The notes: a model not told the origin generated them from the sequence alone. DNA of 64,000 nucleotides from Blepharisma stoltei ATCC 30299 (GCA_965603825.1 CBFDEM010000056.1:496001-560000), one strand, 5' to 3'. Shown: positions 36,188 through 49,979, counted from the stretch's first letter. Program-made: numbers and translations.

Positions 36188-37900
36188 TTATTCCAGTGGT
36201 GAAGCAGTCTCCGTTGGCTTGCTTGACGGATTTACCATATTATTAAGGATGTCTTTCGTATATTTCAGCCTCTTCGTCATTTCTTGGTTACTACTTTCTT
36301 CTGCTACAGCTATTGGATAAGTATTTCTTTCTCCTTTTTTATCAACATAAGTAACTGTTTTTACATCAGTTGCTAATATCACTTCTGTGTGGTCTTGGAA
36401 ATTCGCCTGTATAATTTTATTTGATAGTCTAAACATAATTGCATGCCTAGTTCTCATTCATTTCTTCATATACACCTGACTTGAAGTGTCATCATCATCT
36501 TCAAGCTCAATATCTAAAGATACATTGTCGTCCAAATAACTTTTGAAGTGTTGGAGCAAAGTAAGTTTTTTCTGAAGTGCAGCTGGATAATCAGCCAATG
36601 AATAACAAGTTATGACATCTTGCCTTTCAGGGCCTTGTCGAGTTACATAATTAAACCGTTTTCCAGCAGGCAGGAGTATAATTTTTGTGCTATCATTAAA
36701 GCATACTCCTATGGCCCCATCTGAAAGTAAATAGCCAAGCCCATATTTTGTTGAATAATCGACCCATTTTTTGACATAGATTTCAGGACCGTTATCACTG
36801 TTTCTAGGCTTTGCAAAAGTAAATTTATTTTCTTCTCTGAATCTTGGAATTCTATCAGTGTTAATGAATTCTTGTCTAGGTGTTTTGATCGAATCTATTG
36901 GACAAGTTTCGTTCAATCTGCGATTTGTAGGTGAAGATCTTCTACTTATTTCAAATTGATTTAAATATGACTCAGAAGGAGGGCATGCGAGGGTTGAAGG
37001 AGGTAGTAGCTTTGGAAATCCATTCCCTTGGCTAAAAAACGGATGCTTTAAAAGGTCGTCAAGCGTGGGCCTTTTATTCGGGTCGCATACCAGAATTTGT
37101 GATATCATATTTTTGCTTGGCTCACTTAGAGGGACATTATCAGGAAAACTGTAAGAAATCATCCTGATCCTTCTATAAGTAGTTTTTACATCAGAAGTCT
37201 CAAAAGGAGGCTTTCCTACAAGCATGGTATATGCGATTACTCCTAATGCCCATACATCAACTTCAAAAGAATGTCCTTGCTTCCCATCTAAAACTTCTGG
37301 TGCAATATAATTTGGAGTTCCACAAATAGTCCTTTTCCTTTCTCCGTCAAATTCCAATTTCGCTGCCAAGCCAAAATCTCCCACTTTAACTTCCATTTTA
37401 TCTGACAAGAAAAGGTTTCCAAGTTTCAAATCCCTATGGATTACTTTGTGCATGTGGAGATATTTTAAAGCTGATATGATCTGAACCAAATAGCATTGAA
37501 CTTCCAGCTCCGTCAGCCTTTTTCTTCTTCTTAGAAGCTCATTCATAGTTTGATTTGTGCATAACTCCAGCATAATATACACATTTTCAGAGTCCTCGAA
37601 GAAGTGCTCAAAACCAACTATATTGGGATGATGCAAGGATCGGTGAATTTTTATTTCTGATATGAGCTTTTGTTTGGCTCTTGCTTTAGCTAAAGACGCC
37701 TTAGGGATAATTTTGACTGCTGTTAACTTGTGGGATTCTTGGGTTGTAAACTCATAGCATCGTGCAAAGCCACCTTTCCCAAGAAATCTACCTTTTATAA
37801 ACCGACGGATTGATGTCTCTCCGTTTTGCTTTGATACCTTTTCTTCAATAACAGTTCCTGGGTCAAATTCTTCAGAATTTCTTTTCGCTTTGCTTGTCAT
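36188..37900 (-). CDS. PLK1: Polo-like kinase with two polo boxes, about 570 aa
   Basis: LGKGGFARC, HRDLKLGN, DFGLA...TICGTPNYIAPE, KWVDYSTKYGLGY; TGA at 36458-36460 gives the PB2 motif KK[W]MRTRHAI. Confidence 0.95.
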
Positions 37901-38274
37901 TTTGCTAATAATTATATTTAATTGTTCTCCTAATTACAAATTTAGCATATAATTTGTGATTTACAAATGATAAGCTTTTAGAGAAAATAATAAGAAAAGT
38001 AATTAAGATACCTCATGAATGTTTAGAATTATGGTTTTTTTTACAAATCAGCAATCCTTTTCCTTCCAATAGACTTTCCATTATTCGAAGGCTTTAATAT
38101 TATATTTTAGTTTTATTATCACGAATATTTAACTCTAGCAAATATCCTGGCTAAATAAGTCTCAAAAAATAACTATATGCTTAATATAAAAATTAAGCTG
38201 ACTTATTAATAAAATCGCCAAATTTCAATCACATTTCAAATTTCATTTCTCGGTCCACCCGCTATATTTTGTAA

Positions 38275-39303
38275 ATGGGAATTAATTGCTCCGGATGCTC
38301 ATGTGCAAATAGAGAAAACGAGCTTAAAACTGAGCTTGAAATACTAGAAAATCAAACAACTGCAACTGCTAGAAATAAAAGTAAAGCCAAATCTGAAATT
38401 CCTCCAGATTTATTGTTGAAATTAAAGAAGTACACTCCAAGGATCATAAAAATTCAAGCCATGTGGCGTGGCCATCAAGACAGAAAACTAGTGGCTCATC
38501 TCCGTAAAAAGCAAAGGATGAATGGAAAGTACTTTACAGATGAAGAGTCTCGTGAAACACTATCAGCAAAACAGTCAGGAATTCCTGAACGAGAAGATCG
38601 ACCTCCTTATAGATTTAAAAGCGGAGCTGTATATGTAGGCCAGTGGAAAGGAGGATTCAGAGACGGTTATGGCATACAAACGTGGCCAGACGGTGCCAGG
38701 TATGAAGGCCAATGAAAAGATAACAAAGCTCATGGCAAAGGAAAATTTTGGCATGTAGACGGAGATATATATGATGGAGAATGAAAAGATGATAAAGCTA
38801 ACGGGAAAGGAACTTACAAGCAAGCTAATGGCGCAATGTATGAAGGTGAATGAAAAGATGATATTCAAGATGGATATGGGAAGGAATCTTGGATTGATGG
38901 AAGCAAGTATGAAGGATATTATAAAGCAGGCAAAAAGCATGGATTTGGGACTTACATCTGGAAAGAAGGGTCGAAATATACTGGGCAATGAATTGATAAT
39001 AAAATTAATGGGAAAGGAACTTATACGTGATATGATGGAAGACAATATGAAGGAGACTGACTAAACGGAACTATGCATGGAAGAGGGGTTTATGCATGGA
39101 AAGATGGGAGAAAATATGAGGGAGAATATCAGAATGATAAAAAGCATGGATATGGGATTTACTTGTGGGTTGATGGAAGAAAGTATGATGGGTATTGGAA
39201 AAATGGAAAGCAGCATGGGGAAGGATGGATAATGACACCAGATGGTACAAGAAGGAAGGGAGAGTGGAAAGATGGAAAAAGGGTTAGATGGATAGATATG
39301 TAA
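38275..39303 (+). CDS. IQ-motif + MORN-repeat protein with N-terminal acylation motif
   Basis: [10 protein letters not shown]; [12 protein letters not shown]; about 9 MORN repeats (YxGxW) whose Trp is encoded by a mix of TGG and TGA. Confidence 0.9.
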
Positions 39304-39596
39304 CTAATGCTATAAATAAATAATCCAGGATTATAATTGCCAGTTAAATCTAACGAACATGGGAATTTTGATAGGCAACTAATCATTTGATGATTAACTC
39401 AACATTTGATTTTTTTTATTGGCAGGTAAGATTCATTATCTCCGAGTTTATTTGAATTTTCTCAAAGCCAGATATCAATTTGAAAATTTATTTCAGGTTA
39501 AAAGACAGCATTAATTTATTGGGTAATCATCTATTAATGTTTCTTAAATTAGCTCTCCAATTTATAATCTGCTTTTAATTGATAATAAGTTAATAA

Positions 39597-40301
39597 ATGA
39601 GCACAAGAAAAGATATTGGCCTCTACAGCCCTAGCGATGTTTTATCCACAAACCAGCTCTTAAAGACCAGGCAAAATCATTGTAAACTTTGCATGAACCG
39701 AGCATACTTTTCTAAATACACAAGAGTTGGATATATAATTGTTATAATCCTCTGTGCAATTGGCATAGTCTGAACTTTACTTTCACATGGTCAATTCCCT
39801 GACAATATGTGATTTTGACTGCTTGAAGGCTTAGTTACAGTGCTTATAGCATTTGAAGTCTGCGTTAGAATGTATATTCAGAATTGTCATGCTTATTGGA
39901 AATCTTTATCAAATATTTTTGATCTTATTGTTGTTATTGTTTGTATTGTTGCTATTTCAATTGGCTTGTGGGATTCTGATATAGATGAGGACATTGGTGG
40001 AATTACAGGAGAAGTTCTTATGATTTTAAGGACAATTTTACAATTCCTAAGAGTTATAGTTTTTTTAAAAAATCAACAAAAAGCGCAGCTAACAGCATTA
40101 AAAATGATTGATTTTTCACAGCTAGCTGAGGCAAAAGATAATTCTCATATAAAGCTGAATGAAAATAATAAGCCACCTCCAGTAACAGAAGAAAATGAGG
40201 AGCGTTTTAATTTTATGAGACATAGCGATACAGACATATTTCATGCTAAAACAATGCATAAGCTTGATCTATCAACAGATTCGCAAGTTCTAAAAGAATA
40301 A
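39597..40301 (+). CDS. Stand-alone voltage-sensor-like (S1-S4) membrane protein, about 234 aa
   Basis: Open from ATG 39597 via three TGA. S2 LIAFEVCVRM, S2-S3 YWKSLSNIFDLIVV, S4-like LRTILQFLRVIVFLK; no pore domain. Confidence 0.7.
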
Positions 40302-40436
40302 ATTATGTTGTTAATAAATCTTACGTAATTGTTTTATTTTTTATTTAAAATATCACGATTATTCGTTTATATATGCTGCTTTATTTTATTTTATGTTCTA
40401 TATTGTTAGATAAGAATAAGTTTAAAAGTTTATAAA

Positions 40437-42509
40437 ATGGGAGTTTGTTGTGGGAAATCAAAGAAGAGTAAGAATCATGAAATCGAACATATTGGTTTTC
40501 CCGAATTCAAAGTATTAGACAGAGTAAGCAAATCTCTAATTACTCTAAACCCTAATGAAATTCAAAGGACAAGCTTTAAAGGAAAAGCCAAAATAAAGCA
40601 AGATTCTGGAATAGGTCTACTCTTGAACTCTCAAATTTTTCTTATTGGCGGAAGCCGAAAATCAGGAACATTGACATCTAAAGCCTTTTTAATTGACCCA
40701 CTCTTTGAAACAATCAAATTTTTCCCTGATGTACCTGTATCAGTAAAGAAGGGAACGATTTTGGAATTTGAAAATTGGCTTTATTATATAGGTGGAGTAT
40801 CACACTTGACAAAACCAAACAGTGATTGTATTGACACTCCTGCTCCATTTATGAGGATAAATGGAACTCTCGAAGCATGAGAAATTCTGGATGACAAATT
40901 TTCAAAGGAAGGGCTAAGTATTAAAAATCTGCTTAATCCTGGATCATTTGTATATAGCAATAAAATCTATTTGATAGGCGGACATATATATGAAAACGAA
41001 AAATTGAGGTGGAACACTTCAATTTATTCAATAAAGCAAGACGGAAAGATATGAAAGCTGATAGATGAGCAATATGAGTTGCCAACAGGTTTGAATGAGA
41101 CAATATGCATAGTAGATGGGGCAACTGTAGAGATTTTAAGTGAACGGGACAATGAAAATAAAAGATTTAAACACCATTTCAAAATTTTTTTCCCAACAAA
41201 ACAAATTACAAAGCTCGAAGAATTTCCGGTATATCAAGAAAAGCTATATCCACCAATTTATATATGAAGTTTCACTATTTTGATAGGGAACGAAGAAATG
41301 GGAGTAAAGAAAAAAGGAGAAAACTTATGAAGAGTGGAAAAAATAATGCGAATGAATGAAGAAGCAAAAAAATCATTTGCTTCTCAAATAGGGTCACAAA
41401 AAGAAAGCTATCAGGTGGAAGTAATTGATATAGAAAGTATTAGCTCTGCTAAAGAGATAGAAGAACCAGAAAAAAAAGATGAGCATTCAGAACCCGAAGA
41501 AATTGAAGAAAATCAAGTAGAAATACGAACTCACAAAAAGTTGAAATTAGAAAACAACATCAAAGTTTCGCATGATGAAGTTGAAGTCGAAGCAATAGAC
41601 ATCAGTGTCGGGCATTCTGAGTCTCATTTAACATCGATCGACATCAATGATGCCCCTAAACAGATAGAAGAAGTTAAGCAGCTTACAACACCATTGCTAG
41701 GACTACTAGAAACTTTAACCATCGAAGAGCGAGAAGTTTTCGCAAGATTCAAGCGAGAATTTGGATCAAAATACAGTGATCACACTCTTGGCAGATTTTT
41801 AAGAGCTCGCAAATTCGATTACGAAAAATCAAGGCTGATGTTCACAAATTATTTGAAATGAAGAGAAGATAACGGAGTAAATGAAATAGCGTCCTGAGAG
41901 TTCAATGAACTTCCTCAAGTAAAAGAAGTGTATCCTCATGGATTTCACAAAACAGATAGACATGGAAGACCGATCTATATTGAAAGAATAGGGATGCTTC
42001 AAATAAAGCAACTCTTTGAAATCACAACTGAAGAAAGAATGCTCAAGTATTATATAAGAGAATATGAAGGCACAGTAAATGAAAAAATTCCTTCATGTGC
42101 TAATCTAGCTGGACATACTGTGGAGCAAACACTCACCATTTTGGATCTTGGAGGTGCAACGACCAAACTTATGAGCAAAAATGTGTATAAGTTTATTAAA
42201 TTGGCCTCATCAATTGCACAAGACTATTATCCAGAAATGCTAGGGAAAATGTTTGTTGTTAACACTCCTGGGTTGTTTAATCTGGCATGAAAAGTGGTTC
42301 GCCCGTGGCTTGATGAAAGAACGCAGTCCAAAATAAGTATTGAAGGCAAAAATTTTCAAAATAAGCTGTTTGAACTAGCACCTCCTGAAAACTTGCCTGA
42401 TTTCTTAGGAGGAACTTGCAGTTGTCCAGGAGGGTGCATAAATAGTAATGTAGGACCATGGAATAACCCGAAATATTTACCCAAAAAGAATCCAAATATT
42501 ATAACTTAA
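40437..42509 (+). CDS. Acylated Kelch-like + acidic linker + Sec14/CRAL-TRIO fusion, about 690 aa
   Basis: Five ORF-track pieces share one frame, separated only by TGA. IFLIGG/LYYIGG/IYLIGG; FLRARKFD, YPHGFHKTDRHGRPIYIERIG, QDYYPEMLGKMFVVN, A[W]KVVRPWLDERT. Confidence 0.85.
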
Positions 42510-43024
42510 TATGTTGGTTTAGTAAATAGTATGAATAGATATCATTAAATCTAAGTAAGAATTAACAGATGCTAAGAATATACTTTATTTTACTAAACTA
42601 TTGATACTGCAAATAAATCAGCTGTCTCAAATTTTCCTTATTTTTAGATCTTGATTTAGCTTCATAGATTAGGATAGCATTAACGAAGGATGTAAGAATT
42701 TTGATTAAGGAATGCATATAATTTTGTCAGATAAAATATTTTCCTCAATGTTCAGCAGAACGAAAGTATTTTATTCATCATTACACCATAATTTATTTAT
42801 TAACTAATAATAAAATATAACTAAATGGCTTTTTATGATATTCAATAAAGCAAAGTTCAAAAACGACGTTTAAAGCTCAAATGAATGGACTCTTTTGCCG
42901 ATTCTGATGAAAAGTTGATAAATGAATATAAATTATGTTTAATTTTATAAACTTCTAGTTATTTCTTTTACATTATTCGCTATTAAGCTGGGATGAACTT
43001 TTTTGTATTATAAATACTTCTTAA

Positions 43025-43501
43025 ATGGTAGAAGTTTATAGAACAAAAACGAATCAAGATATTGATGAAATAGAGCCAAATCTTTATTTAGGAAGTATTT
43101 TCGCAGCAGAAGATCAAACAATATTAAGAGAATTTGGAATTACTCATATAGTGCAAGTGCTCGAAAGCAATGATATTTGCCCCCAGTTTTCTAATATTGT
43201 TTATCACCATTCTCCAATTATGGACAGAGTTGATGGCAATTTGATAAGAATTCTTCCGAGTGCTTTGAAATTTATACATACAAATCTGGTGGCTGGAGGA
43301 AAGGTATTTGTACATTGTGCTGCTGGAATATCAAGAAGTTCATCTATAATTGTAGCCTATTTAATGGCTAAACATAAACTTCCGTTCGAAGATGCGTATA
43401 ATTGAGTAAAATCAAAAAGAAGTATGGCAAGGCCTAATAATGGGTTTCAAAGACAACTAAAATCACTTACACAAACTGATCTCGATTCATACCTGCTTTA
43501 G
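43025..43501 (+). CDS. Atypical dual-specificity phosphatase
   Basis: VFVHCAAGISRSSSIIVAYLM; TGA at 43403 read through to ARPNNGFQRQL; ends TAG. Confidence 0.9.
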
Positions 43502-43713
43502 CTAATTAAATGCCTTATCTCAATTTTTATTTATTAATTTTAGCTCTTGAGGCTTATATTTAACATTTATTAGATACATAATTTATAAATCAGATTGGAA
43601 GGGAAATCAATTTTGGGTTTGTCAAGTTTTTAATAATAAAAATAATCAGATCTATGAACATGCCAAAATTTATATTTTTAGTTCAAAATTTCTGTGAGAA
43701 TGAAAATATAAAA

Positions 43714-44448
43714 ATGGGAAATAAAAATGCAAAATCTAATAGGAACATATACTGAACAAAATCTCAGACAATCCGAGCAAACTTTGATAGATATGTATCA
43801 TCTGCAAGTGACTATGATCCTACTAAAAAAGACATTGCATTCGATATTGTCACATTAGTTCTCCATGAAAACAAATTATGTAGTTATATTAATGACAAGC
43901 TAGAACACTCAATAATAATGAACCAAAACCAGCAAATTGCAGCAGAAGATGCGTTTTTGAATGAAATAGTTTTAGGACTCCAGATCAATGGGAACTCATA
44001 CATATGGAAGCTCAGAACGCACTCTGTTGCCCAGTTTATTCAATGAAAATTTGCACTTCTGGTGTCAAAAAGGCCTTCGTTGGAAATTGCAAGACTTTGC
44101 TATTCATGCAAGAGACATTTTGGAATTTTTAGACGATATCACAGCTGTAGTAGCTGTGGAAAATCTGTTTGCAATAAATGCTCTCCTTATCTAGCGAAAC
44201 TAGACTCACTTGGTTATCTTGATATGCAAAGAGTTTGCAAAAATTGCGTGAGGAATCTTAAAAAGTTGAGGGAAAGTGAAGTTGGTAGCGCAATTGAAAG
44301 GGCAAGGATGCAGAGCATATCATTAATGAGAATAAGAGTTCCGGCAACTAACTTGGATCAGGGCTCGACAAAAAGCGTCAACTATATGGATATATCTCCC
44401 AGAATTGTAAAATTAAGCTGGCTGACACGATTCAGCACAATAGAATAG
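43714..44448 (+). CDS. FYVE-type zinc finger protein with N-terminal MG motif
   Basis: ATG 43714 in frame via two TGA. CYSC..F.IFRRYHSCSSCGKSVCNKCS...RVCKNC; the basic R(R/K)HHCR patch is degenerate. Confidence 0.75.
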
Positions 44449-44708
44449 AAGAAGCCATAAATTAATAGAATACTTTAGATTATATTAAATATTTTTTTCT
44501 TTTAAGCTATTTTAGTTTTATGATTTGCTCTACCGAGACTTAATTTCATGCAAATTACTTTCAAATTGTCACTTTGCTTTTAATCACTTGAATTTAAACA
44601 TTTTATCTATATAGAAAGAAAAGACATGAATTCTTTATTTATATTATTAAAAATGTAGCAAATCAACTTTAATAAAAATAAGATTATTACACTCAATAAA
44701 AGCCCAAA

Positions 44709-45251
44709 TTAGCGCTTGCTATAATGAAGAAGATTAACTAATTCCTTCAAGTTTTCTCTAATTTCTTTTTCAATTTCCTCTGGAGACTCTTGCATATCTG
44801 TATAAGCTTCTCGTAATTCTATTTGCTCTCGGCAAAGAGGACAAGTATGGCCACGGCTTTGCCAATCTGAGATATCTTTATCGCAAAATGCATGCCCGCA
44901 CTGCAAAATAACATCAGCATTTATCTCTAGGCAAATTGAGCACTCAACCTCTCTACAGGGAGTTGACTTTTGAAGCATGTCTAGAGATTTGAGTTGCATG
45001 ACTACTCGAATTAAGTCTTGTATTTCATTTATGTATAAGGTGGCTATTTTTACTCATACTGAATCTGTTATAAGCTTATACACCTTAAATTTAGCGATTC
45101 CATGCAATTTTCATAAAAATTTCTTCAGAGTCGGCAGGTCTTTCGGAATTACCCTTATATTTGTGCCTGATATTTGCAAAAATTCTTTAGAAAGTGTGTA
45201 GAGGTTTAATTGTGCAAGTTGCTCTAAAATCTTTTGGTAAGAGCTTCCCAT
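44709..45251 (-). CDS. RING-HC protein (RNF141-like), about 180 aa
   Basis: ATG 45251 MGSSY via two TGA; CSIC..CGHAFCDKDISDW..CPLCR, with Asp at one ligand position. Confidence 0.75.
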
Positions 45252-45528
45252 TTATATATAAATTGCTTAATAGTTTTATAGGAAACTTCATAAAGAGATA
45301 AATGCTTTATTATGTAAGATTACTTTGCATGTTTTGAAATTATATAAGTTTTTATATTGCTCAGCAAATTATGTTTTTGGCAAGTGGAGATCTGAAGCGA
45401 TTAAGTCTTTGCTTGCCAAAAGTTTACCTATATGAAATGCTTGTACAAAATACCCAGGTGCTTTAAGTCAATAAATCATTGCTTGACAAATTGAGTTACG
45501 AAATATAAAAATTTAAATTATCCGACAG

Positions 45529-45882
45529 TTAATTGAGCCATTTATTTTGGTAAAACGATTCTTCTTGGTCTTCAATTTGTTGGAGTTCTGCCCTAATGCG
45601 GTTGTTTTCTTCTATTAATCTCTCTATTTCGTTCTTATAATCCAGTATAGCTTCATTGTTTGCTTTTGGCTGGCTACACTCTTCTATCTTTCTTCTTAAT
45701 TCTGAGACTTGGCTTTGAACTTCAAGTTTTTCGCTGTATAAAATTTACTCTTCTGTCAAGTCTAATCCATCTAGCTCTTTTTCTACCTGCCCAATACAAT
45801 ATTCAATATATTTTCCTTTCTGTTCTGAGTCAATATTATCTGAGATGGAAGAGACCCTCACTATTTGTCCAGCTTTTTTCAT
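45529..45882 (-). CDS. Small coiled-coil protein (about 112 aa, one 15-nt intron), absent from ORF track
   Basis: ATG 45882 MKKAGQIV...; in-frame TAA lies inside intron 45734-45748; Glu/Lys-rich frame continues to TAA at 45529. Confidence 0.6.
45734..45748 (-). other. 15-nt intron GTAAATTTTATACAG
   Basis: GT..AG, A at position 10, removes an in-frame TAA. Confidence 0.75.
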
Positions 45883-45911
45883 TTAAATAATTAAAATAAA
45901 CACCAAACACT

Positions 45912-47354
45912 ATGGATGATATTTATGCAAACAAAGGTCGCCAAGATATATGCAGCTCAGAAACTTGTTCAAATAACGACAGCACTCAGCAGAATGAAAA
46001 TCGCCACTCAAGCCACAATGCTAGAAATTCTTCAGTCCCTTTGTTTTATTGCATGTGCTCTGTTTGCCAAATCCAAGCGAAAAACAAGGTGAAAAAGCCA
46101 GTTACCCCAGCACATAGAAAATCTGTAAGGGCGCAAAAATTAGGAATCTTGAAAAGCTTTACTTGGCTGTTAGAAGAAATAGGAAATCATAGTCAAGGCC
46201 TAAATATCCGAATTTTCACCCCTGACATTGTTGCTTTCAGAAAAGCAAGAATAGCTTACTTAATTCAGCCAAAAGGTGAAAGATCATGAAGATTTAACAC
46301 AAATTTAGACCATGTAAGCCTAACTGAAATAATGAAAAAGTTTACAAAGGTAGTTAGAGAGCGAAAAGCCTTAATTCATGGTCAAAATAATAAGGTAATA
46401 GCTGCAGAAATCTACGGGAAAGAAATAGCCTTGCTTCGATATACAGCCAAAGATAGGGACAATGATCATCTTGATAATAACCCTTTGGATGAAGATGGAC
46501 CTTTAAGAGTTCTTAATGAAAGAGAGTTCTTTAATTTAATGTATGAAAGATTAGGAAGCGCTGTATGAAAGAAACTCGTTTACATACAAACAATAATTCG
46601 ATGCAAAGGTGGATTAGGAGATGTGATTATCATAGAGTATTTCACAACTGATAAATTTGACCCTGCTTTTGAAGCATATATTGACTACGTTGAGAATGAG
46701 GAGCAGCTCATGAACGATAATCCTATAGCCTACTGTGAAATTATCTGCAGACGGATAGCAGCGATCCTGTATTTTCACTCGAGTTTAGAGATTTTGAAAA
46801 TGAGAGCAGAGTTTATGAAAGATGATCTAGGAAAAATATGGTTTTCTTATGCTACTGATATATTAGTTAGAGAAATTCAGCTTCCAAAAACCCGAAATAA
46901 GCCTCCAGACGCTAAACTTTCTGATAAAGACGTTAAAGAGCTGAACATGGCACTAGATTATCACGTTGCACAGGATAAGCTTTCTCCAACTTTTTATAAA
47001 TATAATGGATATATGGAGGATTATTATAAAAATGTTAAAGTAAGTGCTGATATTGAAAGAGTTCTTGAAGCTCCTCCGGCGACATTAATAAGTGAAGACA
47101 CAAAAAGAGCTCAGGTTGAGCTTTCTGGTAGGAGCTTTTTTGCAGAAAGATCTGTATCAAGTGAAGCTAATAAATCAATGTTCATGAATGATTCATATAA
47201 TTCTGCGAGAACAAGAAAAAGAGTAAAAACTGCTAATGCTCCGAATCAAAAGAATTTATTCAAAATTAACCGAGGTATTATATTACCCTTTTTAAGAGAA
47301 AACTCTGTAAAAGGGCACTTTCGAACTTTAAGTCAGCAAGCTGCCACAAGCTAA
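45912..47354 (+). CDS. Hypothetical protein, about 480 aa
   Basis: ORFs 45912, 46332 and 46623 share a frame via TGA at 46287 and 46566. Confidence 0.75.
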
Positions 47355-47604
47355 AATGCAATTACTTTGTGCTAAAATAATTTAATTAAAAAATAAAAAT
47401 ATGAAAAGTAAAATATGAATTGCTTAAAAATATATTTATTTAATAATTTATCATAGATCTTATATATCTGATTCTTTTATCTATAAAGCAATCATTTCAT
47501 TTTCAGATTGATATATATAGCAGGCTCAAAATCATCATAAATCATAAGAGTTAATTTTTTATTTATAGTAATACCATAATATCCCGATATTTAACATATT
47601 AGAA

Positions 47605-48633
47605 TTAAGCCTGCTCATTTTTTCTTACAAAATGTAACCCTTTCTCTTCATTACTCCTATATTTTATTGGAAATAATCAAAAGGCAGGATTCTTGCCTAA
47701 TGCTTCTTGAAAGTTATGATAAACTCCACCATTAAATGGTGAAACTGAATATTCCGGTATTCCACCCCTTTTCTTTTCACAGTACTCAATCGTTGTATAG
47801 TTATTAGCAATAAGCCATACATGAAAGCAGCAAAAACTTACAACACAAACTGAAATCATCAGCACCAATGAATAAGTCAGTTCAATAAACAAGCAGTAAG
47901 GTATCGATGATTGTGAGTCCATTAGAACTATTATCAGTGTTTCCCAAAAAGTGCTTATAAAAATCAAAGACAAAATAGATCCGTGCAGCACAGTCAAAAA
48001 GAAATACTTATAGTTATAGTAGCCTACACAGTTGGCGATTCAGTTGCAATGATGATCCATTTTTAAATTGCATCTTTCACACTGCTTGCAATGATGAGTT
48101 CTATCTGGCTTGCGTTTTTGGCATCTTGTGCAGGTCCTATAAGAACCATCTCTACGCTTTTCAACAAGATCTGGGTTTTTTGAACTGGAATCTGAACTTT
48201 CACCGCTAGGGATATCCCACTCTTTGCCCGGTGGGATTGATCCACAGTCAGTAACTGTAGCCATAAAATGGCTAATTAAGCATAATATAAGGAAAAAGGT
48301 TATTAAGGAAAAAAATAACCATCCCCTTATTTTTGCGTTTCTCTTCTCAGAATCACTATGCCAATAATATAGTTCAGGCCTATCATCTGTGTCTAATACC
48401 AATGGAACAGTATAAAATAGAATATAAATAATATATCCTCCGATCAGAAGAGAAAGCAGTAAAAATACTGGCAAATATATTGAAAAATATAAATATATTA
48501 GAAGTAATCTCTCACTGAAATTGGCATCTTTTCATGGTGGAATTTTAGGATCTAGTTCATTAAAGGTTTCTTCTGTAAAATATGAGTCAGTTTGCTGTAA
48601 AAAGGGCTGCCTGAAATAGGCTTCAGACTCCAT
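47605..48633 (-). CDS. DHHC palmitoyltransferase, about 342 aa
   Basis: KPDRTHHCKQCERCNLKMDHHCN[W]IANCVGYYNYKYF, TTIE motif, 4 TMs. Confidence 0.92.
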
Positions 48634-48866
48634 TATAAATATAAATAGTTTTTAATAATCGTTAAAATAATTATGATATTTTTTATATAGTCAAAATGAT
48701 AATGCAAATAATCGAATTTTATCATCATTTATCCTCGATTTTAATTATTTTTAAATTTTGTATTCTAAAATAATTTTTATCATTTATGCACACTATCTAT
48801 CTGAAATAATTTTTGGTTATCATATAATTAGATAATATCAAGTCATATTTTCACTGAATTTAGAAT

Positions 48867-49979
48867 TTAACTAGAAAATGAGAAAAAAAACTTATAGTTT
48901 TCTATTCCTAGCACACTCGTATTTTCATATGAATGCTGTGGATCTTTTGGCAAAAACAGCGGCTGAGGTGTAGAAGGCTCTTTATTCGTATATTGTTCAG
49001 CATTTTTGGCCAAAATATAAGTTAAATTGACTGACTGATTATCTGTGAGGTACCATGATCCATTTTCCAAAAATACTGTAGCATGATGCCTGCTAATTCC
49101 TGTATCTCTTGGGTAAAACACGTCAGGCTCTTTACCATTTCCACCACATCCAATGATAAGTTTATCATATACAACTCCTGCTTTTGGATTAGAATGATAC
49201 TTAAATGTTTCTCCTACAAAAGGTCCTGTGTGATTTGTAAACGAAATCGTATAATCAGTCATTGTGCTGCCTTTTTTTTCTTCTTCTTCTCCTTCCTCTC
49301 CCGTATAAGTTGGCTGATTTACTCATTGCTGATTGTTTCGGACTTCATCCGGAGACGAATTTACAGGAAGATATGGCTGTGATAAATCATCTATTTCTAT
49401 ACAGGATATATCAGAAACTTCCACAATAATGCTGTTAGCAAATCTTATCATCATTCCTTTTTTAAGTAGAATCTTGTCTCCTTCAGATAGCTTTACTCCA
49501 GTATTTCCACTTTTTGAGAAGTCAATATAATAGTAGCCTGGCTCAGATATTCGAATACGGCCGAAATCAATTCAGTTCACATAATAATAAGGTCTCTCTG
49601 ATAGCCTAAAACCATTTGGAACACTGAAAATTATGCAACTAATAGGGTCGATTTTTGTGTCTTCCTGAGGAAAGTTTACGTCGCAGAAAAACCTGCCAGA
49701 TGGGTCAGCTTTACCAAAGACAACATTACCATCTTGACAAAATCTTGCCGACTCGCGAATCCCGAAAGGGGTTATTTGATATGTAGTGCCTTCAAATCAT
49801 GGAGTATTTTCTTTTTTGTAAGCTGGAGGCAATCCTGTAAGTGTCATTGTTAGGTTTATAGCAAACGAACTTGAAGCAATATTAACTGGTGGTTGATTTC
49901 TTTGAAGCTCTGGAGGATTTCTTATTCACGGCAATAAAGAGATCATTTCATCTCTTTTCCGGCTGAGTGATTGTTCCAT
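48867..49979 (-). CDS. FHA-domain protein (probably two FHA-like units), about 370 aa
   Basis: Open from ATG 49979 via TGA. IIGC..DVFYPRDTGISRHHA..WYLTDNQSVNLTYI; N-terminal unit VFGK..CDVNFPQEDTKI. Confidence 0.65.

Noticed and set aside
38600-39300. Roughly 69-nt periodic repeats resembling an array
   Set aside because: They are protein-coding MORN repeats, not CRISPR or satellite DNA.
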